From contig OZ024743.1 of the NCBI GenBank assembly GCA_964016885.1, positions 54,188,001-54,252,000 of the forward strand: a stretch of 64,000 bases of DNA, read 5' to 3'. How positions within the stretch are numbered: the stretch's first letter is position 1; the number at the start of each line of letters is the position of its first letter. The notes under the pieces are model-generated. The model worked only from the letters and a program-made list of their open reading frames with translations. It was not told the origin of the DNA and made no database searches. This stretch comes from Eledone cirrhosa (lineage: Eukaryota). Shown here one piece after another: positions 38,740-51,021 of this stretch. The position numbers were made by a program, and so were the translations under genes.

Positions 38740-39783
38740 CCACCACCACCACCACCACCACCACCACAACAACAACAACAAGCAAAGGCCAGGATATAAC
38801 CAGCCAACCATCCGAAAAACATTCAAAAGTCCAGTCATGCGCAAGACCACCACTGCCACCACACCATTACCACACTACTACAAAACACAAAACATAATAA
38901 AACCAACTAGCCTTACCATCCGAACAACGCTTTCAACAGCCCAGCCATCTAGACACTACCAATCACGATCACCAACACCATCGACCCTCACCACGTCCAT
39001 TACCATAACACTATCACACTACTACCAACCAATAATAATGATTTCTGATTTAGGCAAAAGGCCAATCATTTTGGAAAGGGGAAAGTCGATTAAATCGACC
39101 GCAATGTGTTACTGGTACATTATTTTATCGACCCCGTGAGGATGAAAGGTAAAGCTAACTTCGGCAGGATTTGGACTCAGAACATAAAGGGTCGTAACTC
39201 TATGCTACACAGCATGTTGTTCGGCGTCCTACCAATACTGCTAATCCACTGCCCTACCAACCACTAGTAATAGAATTATTCAGTCAGCTTAGCCATCTGA
39301 ACAACGCCCTAAACAACCCAACAACACAATACTACAACAAAACACCATTGATAAACTAGCCGAACAACATGCACCAAAGTCTACTACCTTTGAGACCATC
39401 TCCACCACCATATCCATCACCACCACTACCACCACGACCACCACCACTACCACCACGACCACCACCACATTTCTACCAGCCACCAGTCCAGCACACACCA
39501 CTGTCCACCATCTCCACCATCTCCACCACCAGCACCATCCACCACCACCACCACCACCACCAGTACAACACACAACACTGTCCACCACCACCACCACCAA
39601 CACCACCACCACCATCACCACCATCACCACATTTCTACTAACCACCAGTCCAACACACACCACTGTCAACCATCTCCACCCCAGCACCACCACCACGACC
39701 AGCACCACCACCATCTCCATCACCAGCACCACCACCATCTCCACCATTTCCACCCCACCACCACCACCACCAGCACCAGCGCC

Positions 39784-39814
<31 letters not shown>

Positions 39815-40124
39815 ACAACAACAACACCAACAACACCAACACCACCACAACATTTCTACCACCCACCAGTACAACACACCCCCACACTACATTTCTAACC
39901 CCCCCCCCCCCCAACCCACCACCACCACCGCAACCACTACAACATTTCTACCCCCCACTCCTGCCACCACCACCACCACCAGTGATATAACCAACCAACA
40001 AACCAACCAAACAACCAGCCTAATTATCTGATCAACACTTTCATCAGCTCCACCCACCACGCCGCCACACGCCACTACCACCACCACCACAACCAGTACC
40101 AGCACCACCACCACCAGCACCAGC

Positions 40125-40155
<31 letters not shown>

Positions 40156-41045
40156 CCACCACCACACTACTAGCAACCATTCAGTCAACGCCCTAATCAG
40201 CCGAGCCATACACTCTGCCACACAACCACCACAATCAGACGACATAAAACACCGCACTACATTCAACCACCAGTGATATAACCAGCTATACCATCCGAAC
40301 ACTTTCAACAGTACAGCCTTACACACACACATACACACACACAGACACACAGACACATACACACACACACACACACATACACACTCACACACAGACACAC
40401 TTACACACAGACACACACACATACATACATACACCAACAGACACGCACGGAGACACACATACATACAGACACACACAGATACACGCACACACACATACAC
40501 ACACACAGAGAGAGACACATAGGACATACACACACACACTCAGACACACACACACGCACAAACACACACACACACGCACAAACACACACATATACACACT
40601 TACAGATACATACACAGATACACACGCACACATACACACACAGACAGACACACACGCACGCACACACAGGTACACACACACACACGCACAAACACACACA
40701 CACAGATGCACACACACAGATACCACACATACAGATATATACACAGATACACACGCACACATACCCACACAAACACATACACACACAGATACACACGCAA
40801 ACGCACAAACACATACACACATATATACACACGCACACATACTCACACAGACACACACGCACACATACACACACACACAGGTACACACATAGACGCACAA
40901 ACACACACACACAGATACACACACACAGATACACACACAGATACCCACGCTCACATAAACACATAGAGACACACACACAGATATATACGCAAACAGACAC
41001 ACACACACACACACACACACTCACACAGATACACACACATACCAC
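38740..41045. repeat. (CAC/CAA)n and (CA)n-rich low-complexity region
   Basis: Degenerate trinucleotide then dinucleotide repeats, with a local ~161-bp duplication (acatttcta..ccaccagtcca.cacacaccactgtc at ~39468 and ~39629). Confidence 0.9.
39040..39255 (-). mobile_element. Nin/Deu-like SINE (family 2)
   Basis: Core ttttatcgaccccgtgaggatgaaagg, flanked by an imperfect TSD ctaccaacca.ta.taat. Confidence 0.8.
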
Positions 41046-41100
41046 TGATCACCACAATCACCACACTACCACTAGTCCAGCTTGCCAGCTTCGATTACAT

Positions 41101-41460
41101 TGTGTTAGTGTATGGTACATACTGTGTTAGAGTGTGGTATATAGTGTGTTAGTGTGTGGTATATACTGTGTTAGTGTGTGGTATATAGTGTATTAGTGTG
41201 TGGTGTATAGTGTGTTATTGTGTGGTATATAGTGTGTTAGTGTGTGGTATATAGTGTGTTAGTGTGTGGTATCTACTCTGTCAGTGTGTGGTATATAGTG
41301 TGTAAGTGTGTGGTATATACTGTGCTAGTGTGTGGTATATGCTGTGTTAGTGTGTGGTATATGGTGTGTTAGTGTGTGGTATATACTGTGTTAGTGTTGT
41401 TAGTGTGTGGTGTATTCTGTGTTAGTGTTGTTAATGTGTAGTGTTGTTAGTGTTAGTGTT
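41101..41460. repeat. 22-bp minisatellite
   Basis: Unit tgtgttagtgtgtggtatata(g/c), about 14-15 copies, decaying at the right end. Confidence 0.92.
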
Positions 41461-41784
41461 CATTCAAGACGGCAGTGATTTTATTCCATAAATCTTGCTT
41501 GCCTATAAATATATTTAGCACTGCAGTCGGCAGCAGCTTACCTGATTAACCTCCTGATCGTAAAGATTTATTCCAAAGGTCGTTGCTTCAACAAGGAAGC
41601 AGTAAACATGTCACCATTACCGAGAGAATCCTTATTTACAACTTTCCAAGGCGTGAAGCTGTCTACCGTATATTACCAATAAGAGCCATTATCTTGCTTT
41701 TGCACGCTGCAAAATGTCTGTTAAGACCCGAACGACGTCCTCACGTCTCTTCCTTCCTCATCGCCTTCGTCTCCTTCTTCATTT

Positions 41785-42000
41785 CCTTCAACTCATTCTT
41801 CTTCTTTTTCTCTCTCTCCCCACCACCGCCTGACCCAAGTGACATCTTCACATTTTCGTCTTTTCCTTCTCCTCCCCTCCTTCCTCCACCTTCAACTCAT
41901 TCTTCTTCTTTTTCTCTCTCTCTCCTCCCACCACCGCCTGACCCAAGTGACATCTTCACATTTTCGTCTTTTCCTTCACCTCCTCCTCTTCCGTTTCCAC
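41785..42000. repeat. ~108-bp tandem duplication in a pyrimidine-rich tract
   Basis: gcctgacccaagtgacatcttcacattttcgtcttttccttc starts at both 41828 and 41936. Confidence 0.9.
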
Positions 42001-42782
42001 TATCTTCCACTCATTCTTCTTCCCCCCCACCCCCCACCCCTCCTTCCCCACCGGACTCGGTCGACGTCTTCATCTTTTTCTTCGTCTCCTTCTTCGTCTT
42101 CTGTTTCTCTATTTCCACCTTCCACTTAATCTTCATCTACTTCTCCCGCCTCTCCTGAACCGAACGATGTCCACACCTCTTCAACTTTTCTTTCCTTCTT
42201 CTCCGTCTTCTGCTCCTCCATTTCCACCTTCCACTAATTTTTCCCCACCCCCACCCACTCCCTCGCCAGCACCAAACAATGTCCACACATCTTCATCTAT
42301 TCTTTCTTCTTCCTCTTCTCATTCTTTGTCTTCTCCTTCCACTCATTCTTAATTTCCTCCTACCCCTCCAACATTAGATCAGAGCGACGTCGTCACTTAT
42401 TCCTTTCCTCCGATTCTACCCCACCTCTTCCTTCTCACACTCCTTCTTTTCCTACTCCTCCTCAGCCTTCTCCTCTCTAAGCCGCCTCTCTCCAGCTACC
42501 AAGCACCTTTTCCTTTCACTTCTCTTTCTATCATTCGAATCTCTTTTTCCTCTATATAGAAATCTTCCCTCTTTCTTCCTTTCTTTTCATTGTTCTTTTC
42601 TTATCCCTCCTTCCCCCACACCCTCGCTTCTCCAGTGTGGTTCCTTCTTTTTCATTCTCTGTTTCTCTTTCCCTCTGACTGACTCTCTGTTTTTCACTAT
42701 CTTTCAATTTGTTTCCCTTTTCTCCTCACCCTCACAAGCTGCTCTGATATCTCTCTCTCTCCCCCCTCTCTCTCTCTATCTC

Positions 42783-42904
<122 letters not shown>

Positions 42905-43257
42905 CTGTACACACACCCATATCGATTTATCTGTCTATCTATCTTGAACGCGGTTCCAAGCCGAAAACCGCCTGGCACCGCGGTCAGGACATAACACATC
43001 TGTATAGCAATTCTGCATCTCCCCATGCATTGAGTACACCCATGATTAGTGGTCTCCCCGGGCTCAGCACTGCAGACAATACACATATACACAGCATAAA
43101 CTCACATTTATATATGAGTATGTACAGTATATACGTATGATGTTGACAGACGTAAGCATAAATACTCTATACCGAAGTAGAGTTTAAATATTCATTAAAT
43201 GCAGTCTGATGAGGGTCTGATTAGATCAGAAAATCGATTAAAGATGTTTATCATTTT

Positions 43258-43372
43258 GTTCAAATCCCGCCGAGGTTAACTTTGCCTTTCATCCTTACGG
43301 GTTCGATAAAATAAAGTACCAGTAATGTACTGGGTATTTGTTGGCCTTGTGCTAAAAGTAGAAACAATTATT
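43258..43372 (+). mobile_element. Nin/Deu-like SINE (family 2), 5'-truncated
   Basis: gttcaaatcccgccgaggttaactttgcctttcatccttacggg...gaaacaattatt. Confidence 0.85.
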
Positions 43373-43382
43373 ATGACCAAGT

Positions 43383-43493
43383 GATGAGTCTTGTTACTCT
43401 GGAGTTTCAGATGTGTACTGAAAGGATCATCGGACTATAATCTTGTCTGATGATCCTTTGCACTGGTGAAACTCCCAAGTGACATGACTTATC
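43383..43493 (+). ncRNA. Old fold-back unit with degenerate hammerhead (43441-43487)
   Basis: Arms 43383-43435 and 43445-43493. The consensus of both arms reads tcttgt CTGATGA t-cc...gg-t GAA ACTC ca GAGT A acaaga. Lies next to (TA)n. Confidence 0.6.
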
Positions 43494-43524
43494 TATACTC
43501 TACCTATAACGATAACTTGTTACA

Positions 43525-43608
<84 letters not shown>

Positions 43609-44288
43609 ATTTAGTATTTTAGTTTTTAGTACTTTAGAGTATTTAGTATTTTAGAGTTTTAGAGCGTATCATATGGTGTATTATACTAAGTGCAATTTAC
43701 CACACCGTACTATATTGTGTTGGTTATGTTGTATATTATCGCATTACTGTATTTCATTTTCATTTTTTAATATACTATCTTTCCTAGCCATAACCTTAAT
43801 TTATATTCACCTAAAAACTCAATACAACACTAATCACCATTTATTTTTACATTCCTTTTAAACTTCCCTATACCAGATACATTCAACTATCAGTTTGACA
43901 ATCCCTTTCCTCCTAATAGATTTGTATGCCAATTCTACTATTAACACCATTCAACCATTCCTTTCAAAGGGTCGTGACCTCAACTAAAGTGTATTACTTT
44001 TCATCTTAACACCATATGAAAAAACAATTTGATTGGTTAGTTCTTCAAAATCCTCCACATAAGGACATGATACTAACATACTACTAATTCTAAATAAAAT
44101 TATTATTGCTTTTCAAAACAGCTGGTGATATGCAAGTAAGTAAATATTCTCTTTATCTGATATTTTGTAACTAACCTTACATAGATCAATAACGGAGTAT
44201 AGCTACAATGTATTATCATCACCTAGAAACGATCGTAAATCAGTGAAGTATATATCTAATGACTTGATTTTTTATTTCATTGTTTTAA

Positions 44289-44330
<42 letters not shown>

Positions 44331-44335
<5 letters not shown>

Positions 44336-44560
44336 AGTTGACAGAACTAGCATGGGTATCAGTGCTAGGAACGGTTGCATCTCAGTGTACCCAGTAGGTA
44401 ATGTTGAATAAACTCCAGAGTATGCACATAGTTATTCGCTTCGATACAACACACGTAAACGGGTACCTTCAATGTTCCCGGACTCGAGTTTCGGCCACAC
44501 TTAATGCAGCAATAGAGTGCACAGCACCCTCTGTCCGCATATATTATGCAACAATGTATA
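44331..44560. mobile_element. Short unclassified interspersed repeat in (TA)n; second copy inverted at 60302-60458
   Basis: The copies share ccagagtat.cacatagttatt.gc.tc.a.acaacacacgtaaa.cgggt.cct...gttcccggact. Confidence 0.7.
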
Positions 44561-44679
44561 TACATATATATATATATTTGTCACCGTGCCCGATGACGGA
44601 TCAGTTTTGAAGAGCCCCCTCCCAATATACAGTGGTGGCCATAATTGGACAAATGGTCGCAGATACATGTTAAGTGTAT

Positions 44680-44858
44680 GGGATTGGCAATATCGGTAGA
44701 GCATCTTTTACAACATCGAGTTATGGCCCTTTACGTCCTGAGTTCAAATCCCGCCGAGGTTAACTTTGCCTTTCATCCTTATGGGTTCGATAAAATAAAA
44801 TATCAGTAGTGCACTGGATAATTGTTGGTCTTGTGCTAAAAGTAGAAACAATTATTAA
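44680..44858 (+). mobile_element. Nin/Deu-like SINE (family 2)
   Basis: ggattggcaatatcggtagag head, gagttcaaatcc B box, core and tail. Confidence 0.85.
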
Positions 44859-44861
44859 TAC

Positions 44862-44899
<38 letters not shown>

Positions 44900-44904
44900 A
44901 ATAC

Positions 44905-44982
<78 letters not shown>

Positions 44983-44984
44983 CT

Positions 44985-45558
44985 GCGGAGCAAGCAATTA
45001 TCAAACAATCTTTTAAATAAATTAAAAAACGATTTAAATATTCACCTTTTCTATTGCTGTTACCGACGGTTTCACTAATCAAAAGATTGGAAATCTAGAG
45101 AATTTCCAATGGAAAGAATTAGATCTTCAGACAGTTTATTTCCATACCATAAGGGTGCAAATCTCATAGTAAGTCAATATTTTGCTTCCTGCCCGACGCA
45201 TGCGGTCAAGCCGTTAAAAGGACACACACGCAAAATTAGGCCACAAGTAAAAGCTGGTTATTATAAACTTGTTGATCGTGCCACTAAAAATAGCAGCGCG
45301 ATACAACGTTTTGTTCTCTATATAAGGATAACTATCATAAAAGTGTATGGATATTCCAACAGGCACTAGGTACCTATAGAAATATGCATGGTGTTTATAA
45401 TAGTTGTGGTTCGATTGTACTAATTTGAGATACCAGAACTATAAAAATGAGCGGAGCAAGCAATTATCAAACAATACTTTAAATAAATTAAAAAACGATT
45501 TAAATATTCACCTGTTCTATTGCTGTTACTGACGGTTTCACTAATCAAAAGATTGGAA
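44985..45558 (-). mobile_element. 466-bp unit with ~108-bp terminal direct repeat (PLE pLTR / retrozyme-like)
   Basis: gcggagcaagcaattatc...gattggaaa at 44985-45092 and 45451-45558; abuts (TA)n. Confidence 0.75.
45057..45134 (-). ncRNA. Type I hammerhead ribozyme with extended stem II
   Basis: On the - strand: ctgt CTGAAGA t-ctaat...[ttggaaat/atttccaa]...attag-t GAA ACC gtc GGT A acag. Confidence 0.8.
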
Positions 45559-45823
45559 AATATATGGAAAAATGAAATTTCATTTCTCATTCTTAGTACG
45601 GCTGATACTTAAATATAAGTATGTATACGTACATACATATATGTATACAGACGTACAGTAGTATGTATATACATACATACATGCACACGTATATATATAT
45701 GTACGTATGGGTTTACCGAACATTTATTATAATGCTCGGTTTGTTTGTAAACAAACCGCCCGAATTGGGCCATATAGTGTTCGGCAACCATCGTTGCCCT
45801 TTTGTTCAACACTGACAAAGGAA

Positions 45824-45864
45824 CGATGAACTAGTTTTTAGCTTATTAGCTGTCATCAGCACCG
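45824..45864 (-). ncRNA. Minimal hammerhead with core G12->A substitution (probably inactive)
   Basis: On the - strand: cggtg CTGATGA c-agct-aata-agct-a AAA ACTAGT T catcg. Confidence 0.65.
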
Positions 45865-45990
45865 TATATCTTCCTGTCAGTCGATTGAACGTTTGAAAGT
45901 ATATACTTTCCTTATGCATATTAACGGCTGAGCATATATATATATCTTTCTCTGACCCATTCCTGACGTATTTCCTACTTTTTATTTATC

Positions 45991-48878
45991 TTTCAACATC
46001 CCCCTTTCAACACCCCTCCTCAAGTCCCTCCTTTGGTGGGTACTATGCGGATTTTTGAACCACGAAACAGACTATATAATATCGGTAGGTAAGTCCTCCG
46101 GCGACCTGTTTAGCGGAACTAGCCTGGAAGCTCTGGTCCAAATGACACCAGAACGAATAGCTAGGATCCCGGAAACGTGTGTTGCTGGATGGGCTTATAT
46201 AAATAAACATTTCGATCGAGGGTAGGCGGCCCTCATGTTACCACTGCTCAAGCAGGGGTCACTTGAGAGCTTCCTGTCCTCGGCTAACTAACCCCAAAAA
46301 GGCACTACTGCCAACACCTGCAACACCAGCACAACAATCACTACCACCACCACCACAACAACAACATAAAAAAAAATAGTGACAACAAAACAAACGACAA
46401 ACACAGTCCCACCCAACCCCTCCCCACCTAAAACAACTCCAGAAACACCCACACACATAACCGCTCCCCAAAACGTACCCCTCCCCAACAACACGGATGA
46501 GGCCTCATCATCGTCACCCAGTGACGATGAGGGAGTGCCTTTCCGACCAGCAAATAGAAAAAAGAAAAGACATAACACAAACAAAAATGCATCATACACA
46601 CAAACACCAACACAAGCGACGCAAACAGCACAAACAAAAACACCCCCTCCTGAAAACAAAACACCTACTACAAAACGTAAACACACACAAGAACCACAGA
46701 CAAAAAGCAACCCAACACAACAATAATGTTACACCTACATAAATACTAACAATAAAACTTTAACAGACACCATATATAAAAACCCTTCGGTGGAGACCGA
46801 AGGGAAAACTTTTACACACTCTTCGGAGAATCCTAATCTTAAAATGATTAGGACCTCCATGGACACACATAAACAATTAAAAGAAAAATTTCCTAACGAC
46901 GTACGTAACCCCTGCGTCAAACCCTACAATCGAGTCCTATTAAAATGTTTCCCCACCCCCACCCCTCCAGGGACCACCACCCCACTAACCAACCCCTCCA
47001 ACACCCCCATGGAAATTGTGCAGCCTGGTCCCCAGGAGACGAAGAGGTGAGTGATTTCTTTTCCTCTTCTGTTAACTTTTCAGCACCAACATGGCCAATA
47101 TAAGAGTTGGATGTGTGAATGTACGCGGCCTGGGGATGCCCTGGAAACAGGGCAAACTCTTAAACGACCTCAGGTCGCACAGCATGGATGTAGTAGCCAT
47201 TTGCGAGTGCAGGATCCACAGCGAGCGACAACTGGCCCCCATCTTCGATGACTTTGAGATCTACGCATCTCTCTGTCAGCCGGGAGGTGGGGGTGGGGTT
47301 GCCGTTTTGCTGCGGAAACACCTGGACCTCTTAACACAGACGGTACATCTGGACCCGGGAGGTCGACTGGTGGTCCTAGACGTTTGCAACTCGGAACGTG
47401 GAGAGGCAAACCGATGCCTTCCGATGATGTCGTCGGACGCTGGACGGAAGGACCGGTAAAGCTGCTCGGGGTCTGGTTTGGTCCTGACCTCCAGGTGGAG
47501 AAGAACTGGAACGAGGTGACGGCCAAGGTGTTTGCGCTCACCCAGAAGTGGGCCGAGTGCAAACTATCCTTGAAAGTTCGAGCGGAGGTGGCGAACACTT
47601 TTATAGCGTCTAACATCTACTACCGCTTGACCGTTGTGCCTTGTCCAGCCAAAACGCTCACCAAAAAGGAGCGCGCGCTCTTCCAATTCCTTTGGAAGAA
47701 ACGGGCTCCTTTGGTGAGAAGATCCATCTGCTGCCAACACCCTTCAAACGGAGGGCTGGGGGTGCCGTGGCTGACTATTCGCAAACACGCGCTCAGGCTG
47801 CGGAACCTCCACGTATTGCTCACCAGACAACTGGTGTGGGCCCCGTTCGTGAGGCGAGCCTTCCCACGACTCGTCTCGCTGACCGAGCTGCAGAACTGGA
47901 TCAAGCAAAGACCGAGGAAAATGGGCAACTGGCATATCGAATGTGCTCAGGCGCTCACAATCCTCTGGCAAACGGACCCGGCGATCAGTGGAGACTCCAC
48001 TTCGATATTCTATAGAGGGTTGGTCCGCAGCAAGTGCGACGACACGCTCGGAGAAACTCTAGGCGTAGAGGAGGACGAACTGGCCAGTCTGTTCGGTAGG
48101 ACCTTCCGCCCGGGACCAATGGAGAACTTCCAAAAGTCCCTGGCCTGGCAGTGCTACTGAGGAGCTCTACCAGTTCGAGACAAGCTCTACAGACACGGGC
48201 GCCCGGGTAGGGACCCTTCGAAAAAGGTCTGTCCGAGATGCGTGCGCGACGAGGAAACCGTCGCACACGCATTTGTACACTGCCCGGGCGTTACCGACCT
48301 GTGGGGCTATGTAGATCGACTATTGTCGCGGGTGGGACCAATCCAGTTGACCACCGAGTCCATTGTCATGATCAAACGGCCACCCTCCTTCAAAAACGAG
48401 GGAGAGGCGGTTTTCCTATGTGTCATGGCTATGGTGAAAGAGGTTATATCGTGGATGAGGTTAAAAGGTCTTAGGTCAGACACCTTTCTCTCCGGCAAGC
48501 AACTGATTCCTTTTTTCAAATATCATTTTGGAAGAAGAATCAGGATGGAGAGAGAGGTACTGTACCCCAGCAAATTTTATAAAAGGTGGGTGAATGTGGC
48601 AAAGATGGCCCGAGTGGTTGAGCCTTCTCTCTATATAAGCCTGTAGGTTGAGGAAAAAGAGGAAGAGAGGAAGGGAGTGCTCACTCTTGGTGCTCCTGGA
48701 GATGAGGGTTGTACATTTTTTCGGGGTGTGTACAACCCCTGTGTAACACCTCCCCCCTATTGGGGATTTCAATTGTTATTTGTTGTTTTATTAATAGTTT
48801 TATTTTCATATACCTGTATGTAAACTCCCCATTTGTATTTGTCCCCTTCTTTTGTGCCCTTGTGGCTAATAAAGAAAT

Positions 48879-48880
<2 letters not shown>
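45991..48880 (+). mobile_element. L1/Tx1-clade LINE (copy B), 5'-truncated and internally deleted
   Basis: Frameshifted ORF1 remnant (LVQMTPERIARIP). ORF2 starts at ATG 47091, then jumps from APE to post-RT sequence at ~47382 and has a TGA at 48158. The 3' end aataaagaaat runs into (TATC)n. The 5' boundary is approximate. Confidence 0.9.
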
Positions 48881-48936
<56 letters not shown>

Positions 48937-49188
48937 GTATGTCTCTCTCTATCTATCTATCTGTCTATCTATCTATCTATCTATCTTGATAGAGTAAGAC
49001 ACGCTTCGCATCGGCTCCGCTATTCCATCGGGATTTACCCTTACTATTGTAAGTACCGGATAAATTTTTTAGTGCAACACATTTGGAACACTAACCCCTG
49101 TTATTTAGGGAAACATTTTTGCATTTACCCCCTTTTTAGGGGGTAAAATAAATATCTATTTTTGCCGAAAAATTTCTTTCTTGGCAGC

Positions 49189-51021
49189 ATGGCGGAAAAG
49201 ATGGCAGACATGTCTGCCATTAGCTCTGCCACGCCCCCCAAGTCTGAAGAACAAAAAATAATTACAACAAAATTAGACATTGAAACAAACAAACAAAATG
49301 AAAAAACAAATGTTAAGGAAAATGAGCAAACAGAAAACAAACAAACAGAAAATAATACAAATAACGACAGGGCAACTTTCGCCCAGAAAACAAAACAATC
49401 CATTACATACACACCAATTGACCTAACTGCCGCCAGAGAAAAACTGGCCGAAGCAAAGAAACACATTGTTTTGGGGGAGAACGGAATGTTTTCCATTAAC
49501 TCCCCCCCAGAATTCAAGAAAGCCAGAGCAGAAAACACAGTTCTATACAGAACTATACTGAACCAGACAAGAAAACCAGCACAGCCCAGCCAAATGGAAA
49601 TAGAGTTAGTCCTAAAAGACTATATGAAGAATATTCTCTTCATACGAAAGGACCGACTCTATGGCAGCATTTCGGTCCTAACAAGAGACAAAGAAACGGC
49701 GGAGAAGCTTTCCCTAAGCCCACTCTCGTCGACAACATATAGCTTCTATCCCTCCTACATGGGTAGAAGAACACAGAGAGTAAAAGTAAAAACAATGCTG
49801 CCCACAATGGACTTCTGGTGGGCTATTGCTGGCTTCATTGATATGGGCGAAGACACTATGCTGTCAATGGGGAAGGCAACTGGAGATGCGTTCCTGGGAA
49901 TGGGCCTCGACATACTAGTCCAAATGAGGCCCGAAAGAATAGCACAAATCCCGGATCACATCTGGCTGGATGACCTTACCCCAATAGACATAATTGTAAA
50001 GGGGAGAAGACCAGCATGCTATTTATGCATGGAAAGGGGACACGTTAAGGCTAACTGCCCGAAACGTATCCCCCAAAAAGGACTATTGCCCACACCCACC
50101 ACAAACAGTACACCAACACCACCCACCTCCAAAAATACACTAATACCACACACAGCAAACAAAATACAGACACCACCAACCACAAACACAACACAAACAT
50201 CACCACCACCAGCACCAAACACAAGCACGACACAAAAATCACCACCACCAACCACAACACAAACATCACCACCACCATCACCAACCACAAGCACGACACA
50301 AACATTACCACCACCACCACAAAACCCATTCCAAACAAATAATAAAAAAAACAGTAACAAATCTACCCCTCCCGCAAAAAAAAAACAACCACACAACACG
50401 TCCCTCCCACCTAGCGCTGAAGAGTTTCCCCCAACTTCTGAAGAAGAAGGAGGAGAAGCCTTCAGACAAGTTAAAAGAAAAAAAAGAAAACACACACCCA
50501 GCACACCACAAATAACCCACACACAAACACCAACTCCAATCAAAAACACCCCACCCTCAACAAACAAAAATAAATCTGCGCCTCCCCTCTCCGAAACATT
50601 GACAGCATCACAAAAAAAGACGTTGCAATACACATATATAAATAAAGAAAACAAAAAACTGGTTAAATTAATAAACAATAACCCTATGGTGCAGACCGAA
50701 GGGCCAAACTTTATCTCAACAGAGAACTTTACCCATTTAAAAATGATAAAGGTCCCTCTGGACCTTTATCGTTCCTTAAAAGAACAATTTAGACGGGACG
50801 TGAGCCCCCCCTGTTTAAAACCGTTGAATCGCGTCCTCTTGAAAGATTTCCCCATAACTGCCCCTCTCTCTGACACAACTCCAAATACCCCAACCCCACC
50901 ACACACGTGTACCCCCACACCACCACAAAACATCCCTCCACCCAACACACCTGATGCCATGGAAATTACGCAACCCGGAGAGGTAAGTGCTTTTCTTTCT
51001 TCACTTTCAACACCAAAATAG
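49189..51021 (+). CDS. LINE ORF1 protein with CCHC zinc knuckle and Pro/Thr-rich tail
   Basis: Open frame from ATG 49189; CYLCMERGHVKANC (CX2CX4HX4C) at ~50017-50058; basic patch KRKKRK. Confidence 0.85.
   Translation: MAEKMADMSAISSATPPKSEEQKIITTKLDIETNKQNEKTNVKENEQTENKQTENNTNNDRATFAQKTKQSITYTPIDLTAAREKLAEAKKHIVLGENGMFSINSPPEFKKARAENTVLYRTILNQTRKPAQPSQMEIELVLKDYMKNILFIRKDRLYGSISVLTRDKETAEKLSLSPLSSTTYSFYPSYMGRRTQRVKVKTMLPTMDFWWAIAGFIDMGEDTMLSMGKATGDAFLGMGLDILVQMRPERIAQIPDHIWLDDLTPIDIIVKGRRPACYLCMERGHVKANCPKRIPQKGLLPTPTTNSTPTPPTSKNTLIPHTANKIQTPPTTNTTQTSPPPAPNTSTTQKSPPPTTTQTSPPPSPTTSTTQTLPPPPQNPFQTNNKKNSNKSTPPAKKKQPHNTSLPPSAEEFPPTSEEEGGEAFRQVKRKKRKHTPSTPQITHTQTPTPIKNTPPSTNKNKSAPPLSETLTASQKKTLQYTYINKENKKLVKLINNNPMVQTEGPNFISTENFTHLKMIKVPLDLYRSLKEQFRRDVSPPCLKPLNRVLLKDFPITAPLSDTTPNTPTPPHTCTPTPPQNIPPPNTPDAMEITQPGEVSAFLSSLSTPK

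Noticed and set aside
38550-42352. Pro/His/Thr/Val-rich ORFs
   Set aside because: They derive from (CAC)n, (CA)n and CT-rich low-complexity DNA and show no domain motifs.
47047-47083. Mini-intron fusing ORF1 to ORF2 (GAG|GTRAGT conserved at 47047 and 50983)
   Set aside because: It is only ~37 nt, the acceptor is CAG in copy B but CAA in copy C, and the motif is explained by conserved E-V-S codons.
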